64,000 nucleotides of DNA from Candidatus Latescibacterota bacterium (GCA_965248265.1 CBDFJF010000001.1:928001-992000); one strand, 5' to 3'; positions 20,497 through 29,953 are shown, counted from the first letter of the stretch. Program-made: numbers and translations. Notes: generated by a model from the letters alone, not told the origin.

Positions 20497-21320
20497 GATG
20501 CGGTAACTCCTTTGTCCGGGATGGTGAAGTAGAACGTCGACCCAACCTGCGGTACTGATTCGACCCAAATCCGGCCGCCGTGTCGTTCTATAATTTTTCT
20601 GCATGTCGCCAGGCCAACACCGGTGCCTTCGTATTCCTTTTGAGTGTGCAGTCGCTGAAAAATGAGAAAGATGCGCTCGCTATGTTCCCGATCTATCCCG
20701 ATGCCGTTGTCTTGGACGAAGAATACCCACTCAGTATCCTCGCGACTCGCCCCTACATGTATTTTTGGCTGGTGATTACCGCAGAATTTGATGGCATTCC
20801 CGATCAGGTTCTGGAATAACTGCACTAGCTGTACATCATCGGCCAGAACAGTTGGCAGTACGCCATGTGTTACCAAGGCGCCGCTCTCTTCAATGGCGAC
20901 TTGCAGGTTGTCAATCCCCTGGCTTAGGGCCTCAGAACATTTAGTCGGCTCAAAGGCGTTACCCCGCGTGCCGACCCGCGAATACGTTAGCAATTCGGCA
21001 ATGAGCCTTTTCATCCTCGCTGCCCCATCTACTGTACGGGCGATAAATCTGCGGGCATCCGCATCGAGTCGGTCTTTGTAACGTCGATCGAGCAGCTGCA
21101 AATAACTCGTTATTACACGCAGCGGCTCTTGCAGGTCGTGTGAAGCGACAGAGGCAAACTGTTCCAGCTCGTCGTTGGAGCGCTCCAACTCTGCCAGGAG
21201 CTGTTCCAGCTCTATAGATTGGTCGATCACTGTTTGCTCGTGCACTTCGAGCAGTTGTTCGAGGGTAGCCACCTGGGACCCAAGCTGCTCAACTGTTTCA
21301 TTTCGGCTGTTGTCGTCCAC
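20493..21320 (-). CDS. Cytoplasmic histidine kinase lacking a sensor domain (Cph1/BphP-type kinase module)
   Basis: Coiled coil then LERSNDELEQFASVASHDLQEPL, FQNLIGNAIKF and GTGVGLA. Confidence 0.9.
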   Translation of the reverse strand: MDDNSRNETVEQLGSQVATLEQLLEVHEQTVIDQSIELEQLLAELERSNDELEQFASVASHDLQEPLRVITSYLQLLDRRYKDRLDADARRFIARTVDGAARMKRLIAELLTYSRVGTRGNAFEPTKCSEALSQGIDNLQVAIEESGALVTHGVLPTVLADDVQLVQLFQNLIGNAIKFCGNHQPKIHVGASREDTEWVFFVQDNGIGIDREHSERIFLIFQRLHTQKEYEGTGVGLATCRKIIERHGGRIWVESVPQVGSTFYFTIPDKGVTAS

Positions 21321-21325
21321 AACGA

Positions 21326-22078
21326 TTACTTCACCTCAACAGAAGAGTCGCATCGGGTGAATACCGATCCTCCAACGAAGGGCAACACTGCCACCTTCGC
21401 ACTCAGTGCCAGGATCCTGAACATATCAGCAGTCTTGCGCGGGATGTGGACCTTGGAGAACAGGATTACCGCGAAGAGATCCCCTGAAGGAAGCATGCCA
21501 CCGAACCCCAGCGCCGATTGAATGCCGAATGGAATCACGAATTCCGCTTGGGCTGGGATGTACGGACTGCCCATTGCTTCGGGCACGTAGAACACGTTGT
21601 AGGATCTCTGATCCAGATCCACGATTATCGTTCGATCCGGCTGCAGTACTGCGTTCACGTCCAGTCCGAATTGATGAACTAATTGAGAGATCATCGGAAA
21701 TTGTGCGACAATGTCCTCGCTCGGGAGAGGAATCGCCTTATGACCGATCGAGTTCGCTCTGGAATTCCACTCGGACCTCTCACCGGCAGTCCCCAGCAGT
21801 ATCAGACACCTCATCGCAGGCGATTGGGCTCGGTTACCCACTAACTGGCAGGCGAATTCGCTAAGATCTCTGTCCAGATCCTGGAAAGGGTGCGTTTTGT
21901 AGAAACGGACGAGGACACAGGATCTGGCGCCGGTCTCCTGGTCGACGATGTGCTCTTGGAGATAGCGAACAATCCTTCCAGCCACCGTCTCCATGCTTTC
22001 AGCGCCGGCACCCATGCTGCGCAATGCCGAGGAGCATTTGCTCATGTCGCTCAGGGTAAAGTTTGTGAGATCGTACAT
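21326..22078 (-). CDS. Hypothetical protein, possible GAF-like stand-alone sensor
   Basis: 250-aa ORF in the operon. VRFYKTH, FVIPFGIQSALGFGGMLPSGDLFAVILFS look like GAF-type strands. Confidence 0.65.
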   Translation of the reverse strand: MYDLTNFTLSDMSKCSSALRSMGAGAESMETVAGRIVRYLQEHIVDQETGARSCVLVRFYKTHPFQDLDRDLSEFACQLVGNRAQSPAMRCLILLGTAGERSEWNSRANSIGHKAIPLPSEDIVAQFPMISQLVHQFGLDVNAVLQPDRTIIVDLDQRSYNVFYVPEAMGSPYIPAQAEFVIPFGIQSALGFGGMLPSGDLFAVILFSKVHIPRKTADMFRILALSAKVAVLPFVGGSVFTRCDSSVEVK

Positions 22079-22150
22079 GGAACTATTCTCTCATCCCTCT
22101 ACCCGAAAATGGTTCTTCTCCATCACGGCTCCAGATACAGTCGGTTTTCT

Positions 22151-22417
22151 TTATGGTGCGTTTTGCACCAATTTCTTCAGAAACTGCGACCAGGCAACAC
22201 ATTGTACCCCTTCTATCTCAAGCTGACGTAGGAGCTCAGTACCGTGCGTGTCGGCGAAACCGACATCGGACAGATCCAGAACCAAGGACGACCCGATCTC
22301 TTCTTGGTGTTCTGAGCACGTTCTCCGAAGTAGCCGCACCCACTGACCTACGAGCTCTCCTTCCAATTTGAGGACAGTCTCTCCGTGTCGGTCTACAAGC
22401 TTGGTAATTCTGAGCAT
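22151..22417 (-). CDS. STAS-domain protein (anti-sigma antagonist-like)
   Basis: VLKLEGELVG and LVLDLSDVGFADTHG. Confidence 0.75.
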   Translation of the reverse strand: MLRITKLVDRHGETVLKLEGELVGQWVRLLRRTCSEHQEEIGSSLVLDLSDVGFADTHGTELLRQLEIEGVQCVAWSQFLKKLVQNAP

Positions 22418-22450
22418 CGATTTTTTTTCTCTGGTCTGGAAAGGGGATCT

Positions 22451-22466
22451 TGCAATCTCCGTGCCA
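22451..22466 (-). promoter_or_regulatory. sigma54 (-24/-12) promoter
   Basis: The minus strand reads TGGCAC-GGAGA-TTGCA, matching the consensus TGGCAC-N5-TTGCW. Confidence 0.85.
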
Positions 22467-22569
22467 CAACAATAAAAGCCACTCAAGGCTCCCGCCTAAG
22501 TGGCTTCACATCAACTGCTTGTTCAAAAAATGAGGTGACTATTTATGTGTGAGTTCGCATGTTTATGGC

Positions 22570-22616
22570 TCCCAATATGTTGGGAATTCCCAATCGGAAT
22601 CCTTAATATTTTGGGA
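22570..22616. promoter_or_regulatory. Putative paired enhancer (UAS) sites for the bEBP
   Basis: Palindrome TCCCAATATGTTGGGA (22570-22585) and related CCTTAATATTTTGGGA (22601-22616), 31 bp apart and about 105-150 bp upstream of the -24 box. Confidence 0.55.
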
Positions 22617-22633
22617 AGTTGGGAAGTGAGTCT

Positions 22634-24649
22634 CTAAGAAACGCCGCGCTTCACTGCGAGTTTCTTCATCCTTGCCTCCAGCGTGGTGGGCTTGAGACCT
22701 AGCAGCGCCGCCGCTCCTCCCTTGCCGCTTACTTTTCCATTTGTCGCCTTTAGGGCAGCGAGAATGTGGCGCCTCTCCAGCTCATGCAATGGTAGCAGGC
22801 GGTGTTCATCAGGCGTCAGCCGGTGGTCTTCAAGCTGGATATGCTCTTCCTCAATCCGGCCTCCACCAGATAGGATGACGGACCGTTCAACTAAGTTCTC
22901 CATCTCACGCACATTTCCCGGCCACGCATAACTGTTGAGTCTCTCGATAACCTCTTCACTGAAGTCTGCAGGTGGAAGACCCAATCGGGCACACTTTTGC
23001 CGAGCGATAAAGCTGGCGAGCAGAGGGATGTCCTCTGTACGATCTCGAAGCGGTGGAACGTTGACAGGAAAAACGTTCAACCGAAAGAAGAGGTCTTTCC
23101 TAAATTGACCATCATTGACCATCTGTTCCAGGTTTCGATGTGTCGCGGCGACAATCCGAACATCAGCCTTGATTGTCCGAGTGCCACCCACGAGCTCGAA
23201 CTCCTGTTCCTGGAGCACTCGCAACAGTTTCGCCTGTGTTTCTAGCGGAAGGTCCCCAATTTCGTCGAGAAAAATCGTACCCTCATGTGCGAGTTGAAAC
23301 CGTCCTTGTTTTCTCGCAAATGCGCCTGTAAAGGCCCCCTTTTCGTGGCCGAACAGCTCGCTCTCAATTAACCCAGAAGGGATGGCTGCACAGTTGAGTT
23401 TGATCAAGGGCTTCGAATTCCGTTGACTCATCTGGTGTATTGCGCGGCAGATTAGTTCCTTCCCTGTTCCTGTCTCTCCCACAACCAGTACTGTAGTGTC
23501 CGTGTTTGCTACCAGCTCAACCTTGCGCATCACATCCTGCAGACCTTTGCTCTTTCCGATCACTTTGTCATAGCTGTATGTGCCGCGGACCTCATCTGCA
23601 AGGGCCTGCTCCGTTCGCCTGCGTTCGTTGATTTCTCGCTGAAGACGCTCGTTGGCTATTCTCAGGTCAGTGGTACGCTTCTCAACGCGGTGTTCCAACT
23701 CGGCTGAATCGCGCTGCACCTGTTCGAACAGCCGCGCCTGGCTGACCGCGATTGCGAGCTGATCAGCCACCTGGCGAGCAATCTCGATGTGTTCGGGCGA
23801 GAAACTCTTCGGTGATACAGCCGCTATGTTGAGGGCGCCAATTAGCTGGCCCCGTGGGGCGAGGGGTATGTTGATATAGGATCTCATCCCTTCAGCGAGT
23901 AGCTTCCGATGAACCGATGAGTCGGAGAAACCCGAAATGTCGTCGACTATGTGAACGTCCCCATTCCGCAGTGCCTGAGGGACTTCGTAGTCGTCTAGTG
24001 CGAACCGTGAGCCCGCACTAATACTGGTTTCGCCGTCTACCCGAATCGCGAAAACCTCAGCTTGTTCGGCTAGTAAGTCGAACAGGACAACACTCGCCCG
24101 CGCGTGTGGCAGCAACTGAGAAAGCTGATCGAGCGCCGCCTGGCCGATGTCTTCAGGGGACTGGGCGGCCAGAATAGCACGTTCAATCTCCAGAAGGCTC
24201 TGCAAACGTGCAACAACATTTCGTAGTTGCAGCTCTGCACGGTTGCGCTCTGTAACATCCGAAAGAACGGCAAGACTTCTCTCGTAGACGCCATCCGCAT
24301 CTCGTTGCACTACGGCTGATAACAGGACATCTATGATCTCCCCATTTTTCTTGACGAACTGATAGGGGACATCCTTGGCATAACCAGTCTGCATAAATGC
24401 AGGTAGCGTGACTGTTGTAGCGTGCTGTCGCGATTCCTCCGTGAGGAAATCCAGCGACCTGCGACCGATGACTTCATCCCGGTCGTATCCAAGTACCTCA
24501 AGCCAATGATCGCTGACCCCCACTATACGTCCACTCGCGTCGATCGAGTGCAACATGGCAGGCGCTCTATATAGCGCGTGCAACCGGTCATCGCTCTCTT
24601 GCAGCGCTTCTTCCGGGTCGTCGCGGGTCTCTAAACTGATGTCGTGCAC
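22634..24649 (-). CDS. PAS-GAF sigma54-dependent activator (FhlA-like bEBP)
   Basis: PAS, GAF, GETGTGKE, GAFTGA, WPGNVREMEN and an HTH. Confidence 0.92.
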   Translation of the reverse strand: MHDISLETRDDPEEALQESDDRLHALYRAPAMLHSIDASGRIVGVSDHWLEVLGYDRDEVIGRRSLDFLTEESRQHATTVTLPAFMQTGYAKDVPYQFVKKNGEIIDVLLSAVVQRDADGVYERSLAVLSDVTERNRAELQLRNVVARLQSLLEIERAILAAQSPEDIGQAALDQLSQLLPHARASVVLFDLLAEQAEVFAIRVDGETSISAGSRFALDDYEVPQALRNGDVHIVDDISGFSDSSVHRKLLAEGMRSYINIPLAPRGQLIGALNIAAVSPKSFSPEHIEIARQVADQLAIAVSQARLFEQVQRDSAELEHRVEKRTTDLRIANERLQREINERRRTEQALADEVRGTYSYDKVIGKSKGLQDVMRKVELVANTDTTVLVVGETGTGKELICRAIHQMSQRNSKPLIKLNCAAIPSGLIESELFGHEKGAFTGAFARKQGRFQLAHEGTIFLDEIGDLPLETQAKLLRVLQEQEFELVGGTRTIKADVRIVAATHRNLEQMVNDGQFRKDLFFRLNVFPVNVPPLRDRTEDIPLLASFIARQKCARLGLPPADFSEEVIERLNSYAWPGNVREMENLVERSVILSGGGRIEEEHIQLEDHRLTPDEHRLLPLHELERRHILAALKATNGKVSGKGGAAALLGLKPTTLEARMKKLAVKRGVS

Positions 24650-24714
24650 ACTTTCCCTCCCGTGGTGTATGAACGGTGCTCACTAGGATGGAGCAGAACG
24701 GAGGAAAAGTGCTA

Positions 24715-25110
24715 CTAAATCAGAAGGGCTTGCTTTAGATCTAGCAGTGTAGGACCGGGCTTGTGCGTACGATCCGTGGTATGGCGGGCATCAAAAAACA
24801 GAACTTCGAGATAAGAGATCCTGTTGTGTGGCTGACCAAGCAAGCCTTGTGATAGTGAAGAAGCCTTGATTTGCCATTTGTCGAGGTTTACGGCCGGTCG
24901 ACTAGATTCCTTGATTTCGCAACAGCATCCGTCAGCAACAAAAGCCGAACGGCAGCACTCATCGAAGTGCACAGTCTGTTCACTGGCGGGACAGTATAGC
25001 AACAACCCATCAACCCCAATACTTGGTAGCAATATCAATGCTGCCAAGATGAGCCTGAGCACGGTGCTGGCCCTATTCACTATGGACTTTCGGTTTCGCA
25101 TGTCTCGCAT
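24715..25110 (-). CDS. Hypothetical Cys-rich exported or membrane protein
   Basis: Hydrophobic N-terminal segment with CC and CCC clusters. Confidence 0.4.
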   Translation of the reverse strand: MRDMRNRKSIVNRASTVLRLILAALILLPSIGVDGLLLYCPASEQTVHFDECCRSAFVADGCCCEIKESSRPAVNLDKWQIKASSLSQGLLGQPHNRISYLEVLFFDARHTTDRTHKPGPTLLDLKQALLI

Positions 25111-25811
25111 GTTTCTCGAGTGGCCTTCCGTTCAGGCCAGATGTTCCAAAGCGAAGCTCCGAAGAGAAGAACAAAACCGGCTCCTGTGAATATTGCATTA
25201 TCTAACAGATACCGACTGGTAAGAATTGCCGCAGAAGCGATAAGACCAACCACAAGTGGCTTTAACCCACGTCGCCGACGGCGAGCTTGATAGGCCAGAC
25301 CAAGGATGGACATTGTGAGGAGTACAATAATCCCTGGTGTGACGTACGGGGTATAGTCAACAAAACCAAGACCTACAGATCCCAGCAGTCCAGCATATGC
25401 CGGCCAACATAGAGAACAACTGAGGGCCGGCAGCAATGTCGCGCCGAATGCGGGGAAGCTCGCCAAGCCACCAATCCAACTGACAGCTGACGACTTCGGT
25501 TTCGATGGATTCTGATCCAACGATGAGGATATCGTCTCAATGGAGGGAACGCCCTGAAAGCCTCCATCCTCCGCCTTGTAAATTCGACAGTTGTTCGCGT
25601 CAGCGTCTTGAGAGACGCCGGAAACATCCGTTCCGTTGAACAAAATGGTAGGTGAGCCATACCGGTGGACATGACCAGGCGCCTCGGGATCTTCCTGGTT
25701 CCACTCCGTCCATTCTGTTGGTCGGTCTGCAAGTGTTAAGGCGTGGTTGAGGCGTTTTCTAGCGCTGTCCACATTTGGACAATCCGGGTCGTATATCAGT
25801 TCAACACTCAT
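25080..25811 (-). CDS. Thioredoxin-like domain fused to a MerC/MerT-like metal transporter
   Basis: DCPN...GSPTILFNG...CRIY N-terminal domain, CSLCWPAYAGLLGSVGLGF with four TM helices, C-terminal CETCE. RBS GGAG precedes the ATG at 25811. Confidence 0.7.
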   Translation of the reverse strand: MSVELIYDPDCPNVDSARKRLNHALTLADRPTEWTEWNQEDPEAPGHVHRYGSPTILFNGTDVSGVSQDADANNCRIYKAEDGGFQGVPSIETISSSLDQNPSKPKSSAVSWIGGLASFPAFGATLLPALSCSLCWPAYAGLLGSVGLGFVDYTPYVTPGIIVLLTMSILGLAYQARRRRRGLKPLVVGLIASAAILTSRYLLDNAIFTGAGFVLLFGASLWNIWPERKATRETCETCETESP

Positions 25812-26026
25812 TGTCTCCACCCTTTCCCATGGGCCACTCTCAGGCGGCCAGAGGATGTAGCGAGCTTCTCCGAACAACTGGACAGAACGATGTATCGGTC
25901 CCCGGACCAAGGTCCGCCCTGAGTAGATGGTCCCTTCGTGACCTCGTCGTCCTCCACTTCGCCGATTATCCAGTCTCCCTTGCTCGCAAAATGGACTGTG
26001 TCGCTTGGCTCAAATCGCGTCATCAT
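25808..26026 (-). CDS. Small hypothetical protein with QGGPWSGDRY motif
   Basis: RBS GAGGA. Paralog at 28373-28594. Confidence 0.6.
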   Translation of the reverse strand: MMTRFEPSDTVHFASKGDWIIGEVEDDEVTKGPSTQGGPWSGDRYIVLSSCSEKLATSSGRLRVAHGKGWRQ

Positions 26027-26089
26027 GTTCCTCTTTGAATTCACTCGCTCAACCGGGCGTTCATCATATATGTGCTTGGCCTAACTTGG

Positions 26090-26107
26090 TAGTTGTATAT
26101 ACAACTA
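26090..26107. promoter_or_regulatory. Putative MarR operator (perfect 18-bp palindrome)
   Basis: TAGTTGTATATACAACTA, with a second copy at 26609-26624. Confidence 0.75.
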
Positions 26108-26124
26108 ATGCCAACAAGAGAGTC

Positions 26125-26598
26125 TTATTGCTCCTCGCACGATGACCTTACAGATTCGGCGATTCTCATAACCTCCTTTATGCCATTCTTGCCAAGTATG
26201 GACTCCGCCTTGTGCTGGGCGTTTTCCCATAAGGGCATCGCTTTACGAAAGACTTCGCGACCCTTGGCGGTGAGTTCCAAGGTATTCGTGCGGCCACTCT
26301 CTTCACGTATTACGTCAAGCCAACCACGCTCACCGAGCAGTCTAAGATTTCTGCTCATTGTAGATTTCTCCATGTATAGAAACGCACCAATTTCGGCTGG
26401 GCTGGCTGTTCCATGTCTGGCTATGACCCCCAGTATGTTCATTTGACTCGTGGTAATCCCCAATGGGCTAATAGCTTGATCGTAAATATTTGTAATTACA
26501 CGATTTAGAAGCCGTATCTTATCTGCAATACAGACCTGGTTCACGTGCGCGGCCTCAGCTTGAGTAACCATCCAATTGCCCTTTGCCTGAGTAACCAA
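26125..26598 (-). CDS. MarR family transcriptional regulator
   Basis: LGITTSQMNIL, MEKSTMSRNLRLLGERGWL and LTAKG. Alternative start at 26571. Confidence 0.88.
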   Translation of the reverse strand: MVTQAKGNWMVTQAEAAHVNQVCIADKIRLLNRVITNIYDQAISPLGITTSQMNILGVIARHGTASPAEIGAFLYMEKSTMSRNLRLLGERGWLDVIREESGRTNTLELTAKGREVFRKAMPLWENAQHKAESILGKNGIKEVMRIAESVRSSCEEQ

Positions 26599-26608
26599 GA
26601 TATTCCTG

Positions 26609-26624
26609 TAGTTGTATATACAAC
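26609..26624. promoter_or_regulatory. Putative MarR autoregulatory operator
   Basis: TAGTTGTATATACAAC immediately upstream of the marR start. Confidence 0.72.
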
Positions 26625-26753
26625 GGCCTGGGCTTCGTCAAGGGGTAATTCTTGTGTCTCCGTCTATCTGTCCTTGGGTCGCATGTTAGTTAGATGCCGA
26701 AGCGCTAGGCCGCATCCCGAATGGATGGATGGGCTCGTCAACGGGCTGCTAGA

Positions 26754-27233
26754 TCAAAGCCGTCCTTCCTCTACATCGAACACATCAAACAGGGTGACAA
26801 TTGATTTGTCCGGCGGTTGGATCTGCGGGATGTAATCCTCCAGGTAGAGCTGCGACTCGACCGGGAGGTCGCTGATTCGCAACTCGCGCATCTGGTTGTT
26901 CCATTTCACAATCTCAGATCGCTCTCGCTGGATGGCATATTCCCGTATCCACCGATCCATCTCACTGTCGTCCGCACCGGTGGCTACAAACTGCATGAAG
27001 TCGAGGACGTTGATGGTGGTGAAGTCGAAAAACCTGCGGTCGAGCTTGCAGTTGAACTCGTAGTCACCGAGCGTGCCGGCGAGATAGGCACGGCCCTTGT
27101 CGAGAGTCCGAGCGGCAAACACGTAGTCTGCGATCTTTTCTCTGGGGCCTCGCGGTGGATCGATGTTCAGATCCGTTGCCAGTCCGTCCAGGCCCTCGTG
27201 GTTGATCTCAAATGGAAAGGTCGTAGCGGTCAT
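26754..27233 (-). CDS. DUF5069-like protein
   Basis: PPRGPRE...ARTLDKGRAYLAGTLGDYEFNCKLD...FDVEEGR. Confidence 0.75.
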   Translation of the reverse strand: MTATTFPFEINHEGLDGLATDLNIDPPRGPREKIADYVFAARTLDKGRAYLAGTLGDYEFNCKLDRRFFDFTTINVLDFMQFVATGADDSEMDRWIREYAIQRERSEIVKWNNQMRELRISDLPVESQLYLEDYIPQIQPPDKSIVTLFDVFDVEEGRL

Positions 27234-27291
27234 CGTGTACTCCTCGTTTTTGACAATCTCGTGAAATCGGTGCGCTTGATGGTCATGCGGA

Positions 27292-28326
27292 TCAAGCAGC
27301 CCAGGGTAGCAGGACGACGTTACCAACCACCTGGCCGGAAGGCAGTAAGCGGTGCGCTTGAGCGGCTTCGCTGAGAGGAAGGGTTCGGTCCAGCGCTGGT
27401 TTGATTCTCCCGGCGTTGACCTGTTCCAAACCCCACCTGAGATCCTCAATGTCGCCGCCCATCGACCCACGTAGTTGCTTTTGACCGAAGAAGAAGTTGC
27501 GGATATCGAAGGTTACCTCGGTCCCGGCGACGAAGCCGAAAGCGACAACGGTGCCGAGTCCCTTCACGGCGTCGATGCTCTTGGAGAGGACATCGCCGCC
27601 CAGGTTGTCGATGACGACATCAGCGCCACTACCATCGGTCCACTGTTTTACGACCTCGACGAAATCCTCTTGGCGCGTGTTGATCGCGAGGTCTGCGCCC
27701 AGTTTTTTCGCGAACTGCCCCTTGTCGTCGCTGCGGACCGTAGTGGCGACTTCGGCACCGAGTGCCTTTGCCACCTGAATCTGCATGCTTCCAGAGCCGG
27801 AAGCTCCGGCGTGGACCAGGACCTTGTCCCCGGCCTCAACTTCGCCGACGCCCCTGACGGCACGGACGGCAGTCGTCAAAACCATGGGCAAGGTCGCTAC
27901 TTCCTCCGGCTTCAGGCCGGTGTCATCCTTGATCACCCACCGCGCGGGGATCTCGATGTACTGGGCGTAGGTACCCGGAATTCCCAGACCGGGCAACGTG
28001 AAGCTCGACGCGCTGGCCGCGGGCCGGATGTCGTATTCTTCCTCATCGAGAGGAAATCCCGGTACGGGGATAACGCGTTCGCCGGTTTCAAAGCCCGTGA
28101 CTCCTGCCCCCAACTTCGCCACCTCACCGGCGGCGTCGGCGCCCAGGATGTGTGGGAAGGAAAGTTCCGGCACCACCGAGCCTTCGCGGATGTAGTACTC
28201 CAAGCGATTTATTCCGGCGGCGAGCACCTTGATCAGGATGTGTCCGGGCCTCGGCTCGGGTGTGCTGACTTCATCGACCGTGAGCACATCGGGGTCTCCG
28301 AATTGATGGATCAAAGCAGCTTTCAT
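27292..28326 (-). CDS. Quinone oxidoreductase-like MDR family dehydrogenase
   Basis: FGDPDVL, PHILGADAAG, VLVHAGASGSG and GNVVL. Confidence 0.88.
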   Translation of the reverse strand: MKAALIHQFGDPDVLTVDEVSTPEPRPGHILIKVLAAGINRLEYYIREGSVVPELSFPHILGADAAGEVAKLGAGVTGFETGERVIPVPGFPLDEEEYDIRPAASASSFTLPGLGIPGTYAQYIEIPARWVIKDDTGLKPEEVATLPMVLTTAVRAVRGVGEVEAGDKVLVHAGASGSGSMQIQVAKALGAEVATTVRSDDKGQFAKKLGADLAINTRQEDFVEVVKQWTDGSGADVVIDNLGGDVLSKSIDAVKGLGTVVAFGFVAGTEVTFDIRNFFFGQKQLRGSMGGDIEDLRWGLEQVNAGRIKPALDRTLPLSEAAQAHRLLPSGQVVGNVVLLPWAA

Positions 28327-28372
28327 GATCTCACCTGTCCTTTCTGGGACGAATTCAATCCTGGTTTGATTG

Positions 28373-28594
28373 TCAATTCAATTTTGGAGACGCGTGAGTA
28401 GACGCTACCTTGTCTGCGTAGCTGGACAACACGACATATCGGTCTCCTGACCACGGTCCCCCCTGTCGGACCACCAGCAGATGGTCCCCACCGTGTCCTT
28501 TCCGGATCTCCTCCACCTCGCCTACGATCCAGTGTTCCTGTTCTCCGCGATACGTAAAACTGACTGCATCTCCTGGCTTAAAACCGGTCATCAT
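28373..28594 (-). CDS. Small hypothetical protein with QGGPWSGDRY motif
   Basis: Strong RBS AAGGAGG. Paralog at 25808-26026. Confidence 0.65.
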   Translation of the reverse strand: MMTGFKPGDAVSFTYRGEQEHWIVGEVEEIRKGHGGDHLLVVRQGGPWSGDRYVVLSSYADKVASTHASPKLN

Positions 28595-29476
28595 ATCCTC
28601 CTTCGATTGATCAAATCTTCTGAACGGTCCCGCGGTACATGGCCGAAGTCCGCGGGATTGACGACGGCTCTCATCTCCGCGCCTGCGGAGTACACATCGC
28701 CATGAGGCTCTTGACATCTCGACCGATTGCAAGGTCGATGCCATAGGCAAGACCACGCGATCCACAGCGACCTACCTTGCTCTACGACAGATACTTAGGA
28801 GATCACCCAGGACTTAGGCCTCGTGTGGAACGTTGGAGAGATATCCTTGACATATCGTGGGTCTCACGACATATCACGAAAATCTCCAATTCGAACACGA
28901 TCAATTTGATCGAGGCTTGGGGATCGCGGCCACACCGACTGTGTGACCTGAGTCCGGCACGGGGAAAACGATATGGTTGAAATGGTCGAAGAAGTGTTGA
29001 AAGAGGGCGCGCCTAAAGAGGTTCTTGCGGAACGGGTGTTCAGCCTACTGTGCGCATACCCGGAGGGTGGCAGAATGTGGCGCCCGAGTGTAATGGACCA
29101 AATCAAGGAAGCCGGTCAGTCGGGGGAAACAGGTTTCGCCAAGGCACTGGAGCTCCCCCGCGTAGCGACACACCAAGGCGGGGGCCGCCTCCTTTTTTTG
29201 CGCTAGGTTATAGCAAATCGTGATCAGCACGATCCCGGCTACCAGCACGACCCCTGTTGGAATTTTCGCCCCGTCGGTCCGCCCGAAATTCATCGAAGAC
29301 CTGAAGCGTTTCTTCAGGTTATTTCCAAGCTTATGGCCAAGAAACGAACTTTCATTCGTCTGTTCACTGGCCATGTTGCATTCTCCTTTCAGAAGGCCTC
29401 ACCATTGGCGACGACGCTAATGCACTGCTCTGTGCCTCGTTAACCGTCGCGAACCAGAGCACAATCGCCCGATCTT

Positions 29477-29512
29477 TACGAAGTTTTTCGTTGATCTACG
29501 GCGAGTTTCGTA
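29477..29512. promoter_or_regulatory. Putative tandem BlaI operators
   Basis: TACGAAGTTTTTCGTT and TACGGCGAGTTTCGTA (TACG-N8-CGTA type), 20 bp apart, upstream of blaI. Confidence 0.5.
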
Positions 29513-29569
29513 TATATTCCTTATTACAGTATTTCAGCCCTGAAAACCCGCATTTTGCGAGATGTGATC

Positions 29570-29953
29570 ATGGCACGAAAACGACCGCCGAAACCGACTG
29601 ATGCCGAACTGGCGCTACTCCGGGTACTGTGGTATCACGGCCCGGCTACCGTGCGCCAGATTCGTGACGAGCTGGATAGCAAGCCGACTGCGGGTTACAC
29701 CACCGTCCTCAAGACGCTCCAGATCATGACGGTGAAAGGCCTCGTTCTGCGGGACGAAAGCCAGCACGCCCACGTCTATCAAGCAGCCTTCGCTCGGGAG
29801 CAGACTCAAAGGCAGCTGGTCTCCGAGCTCTTGGAGCGGGCCTTCAGCGGCTCTGCTTCTCACCTCGTTGTGCAGGCGCTTACGGAAAAGCCGGCATCCC
29901 GTGAAGAGGTCGCTGAGATCCGCAAGCTGCTGGACCAACTGGAGGGGCCATGA
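29570..29953 (+). CDS. BlaI/MecI/CopY family repressor
   Basis: PTDAELALLRVLW, YTTVLKTLQIMTVKGLV and AFSGSASHLV. Confidence 0.92.
   Translation: MARKRPPKPTDAELALLRVLWYHGPATVRQIRDELDSKPTAGYTTVLKTLQIMTVKGLVLRDESQHAHVYQAAFAREQTQRQLVSELLERAFSGSASHLVVQALTEKPASREEVAEIRKLLDQLEGP

Noticed and set aside
27475-28401. Long antisense ORFs such as this 308-aa frame
   Set aside because: They are shadows of GC-rich genes that have clear motifs on the opposite strand.
28777-29374. Short ORFs 28777-28980, 28973-29206 and 29045-29374
   Set aside because: No recognisable motif and they overlap in conflicting ways. They may be remnants but cannot be supported.
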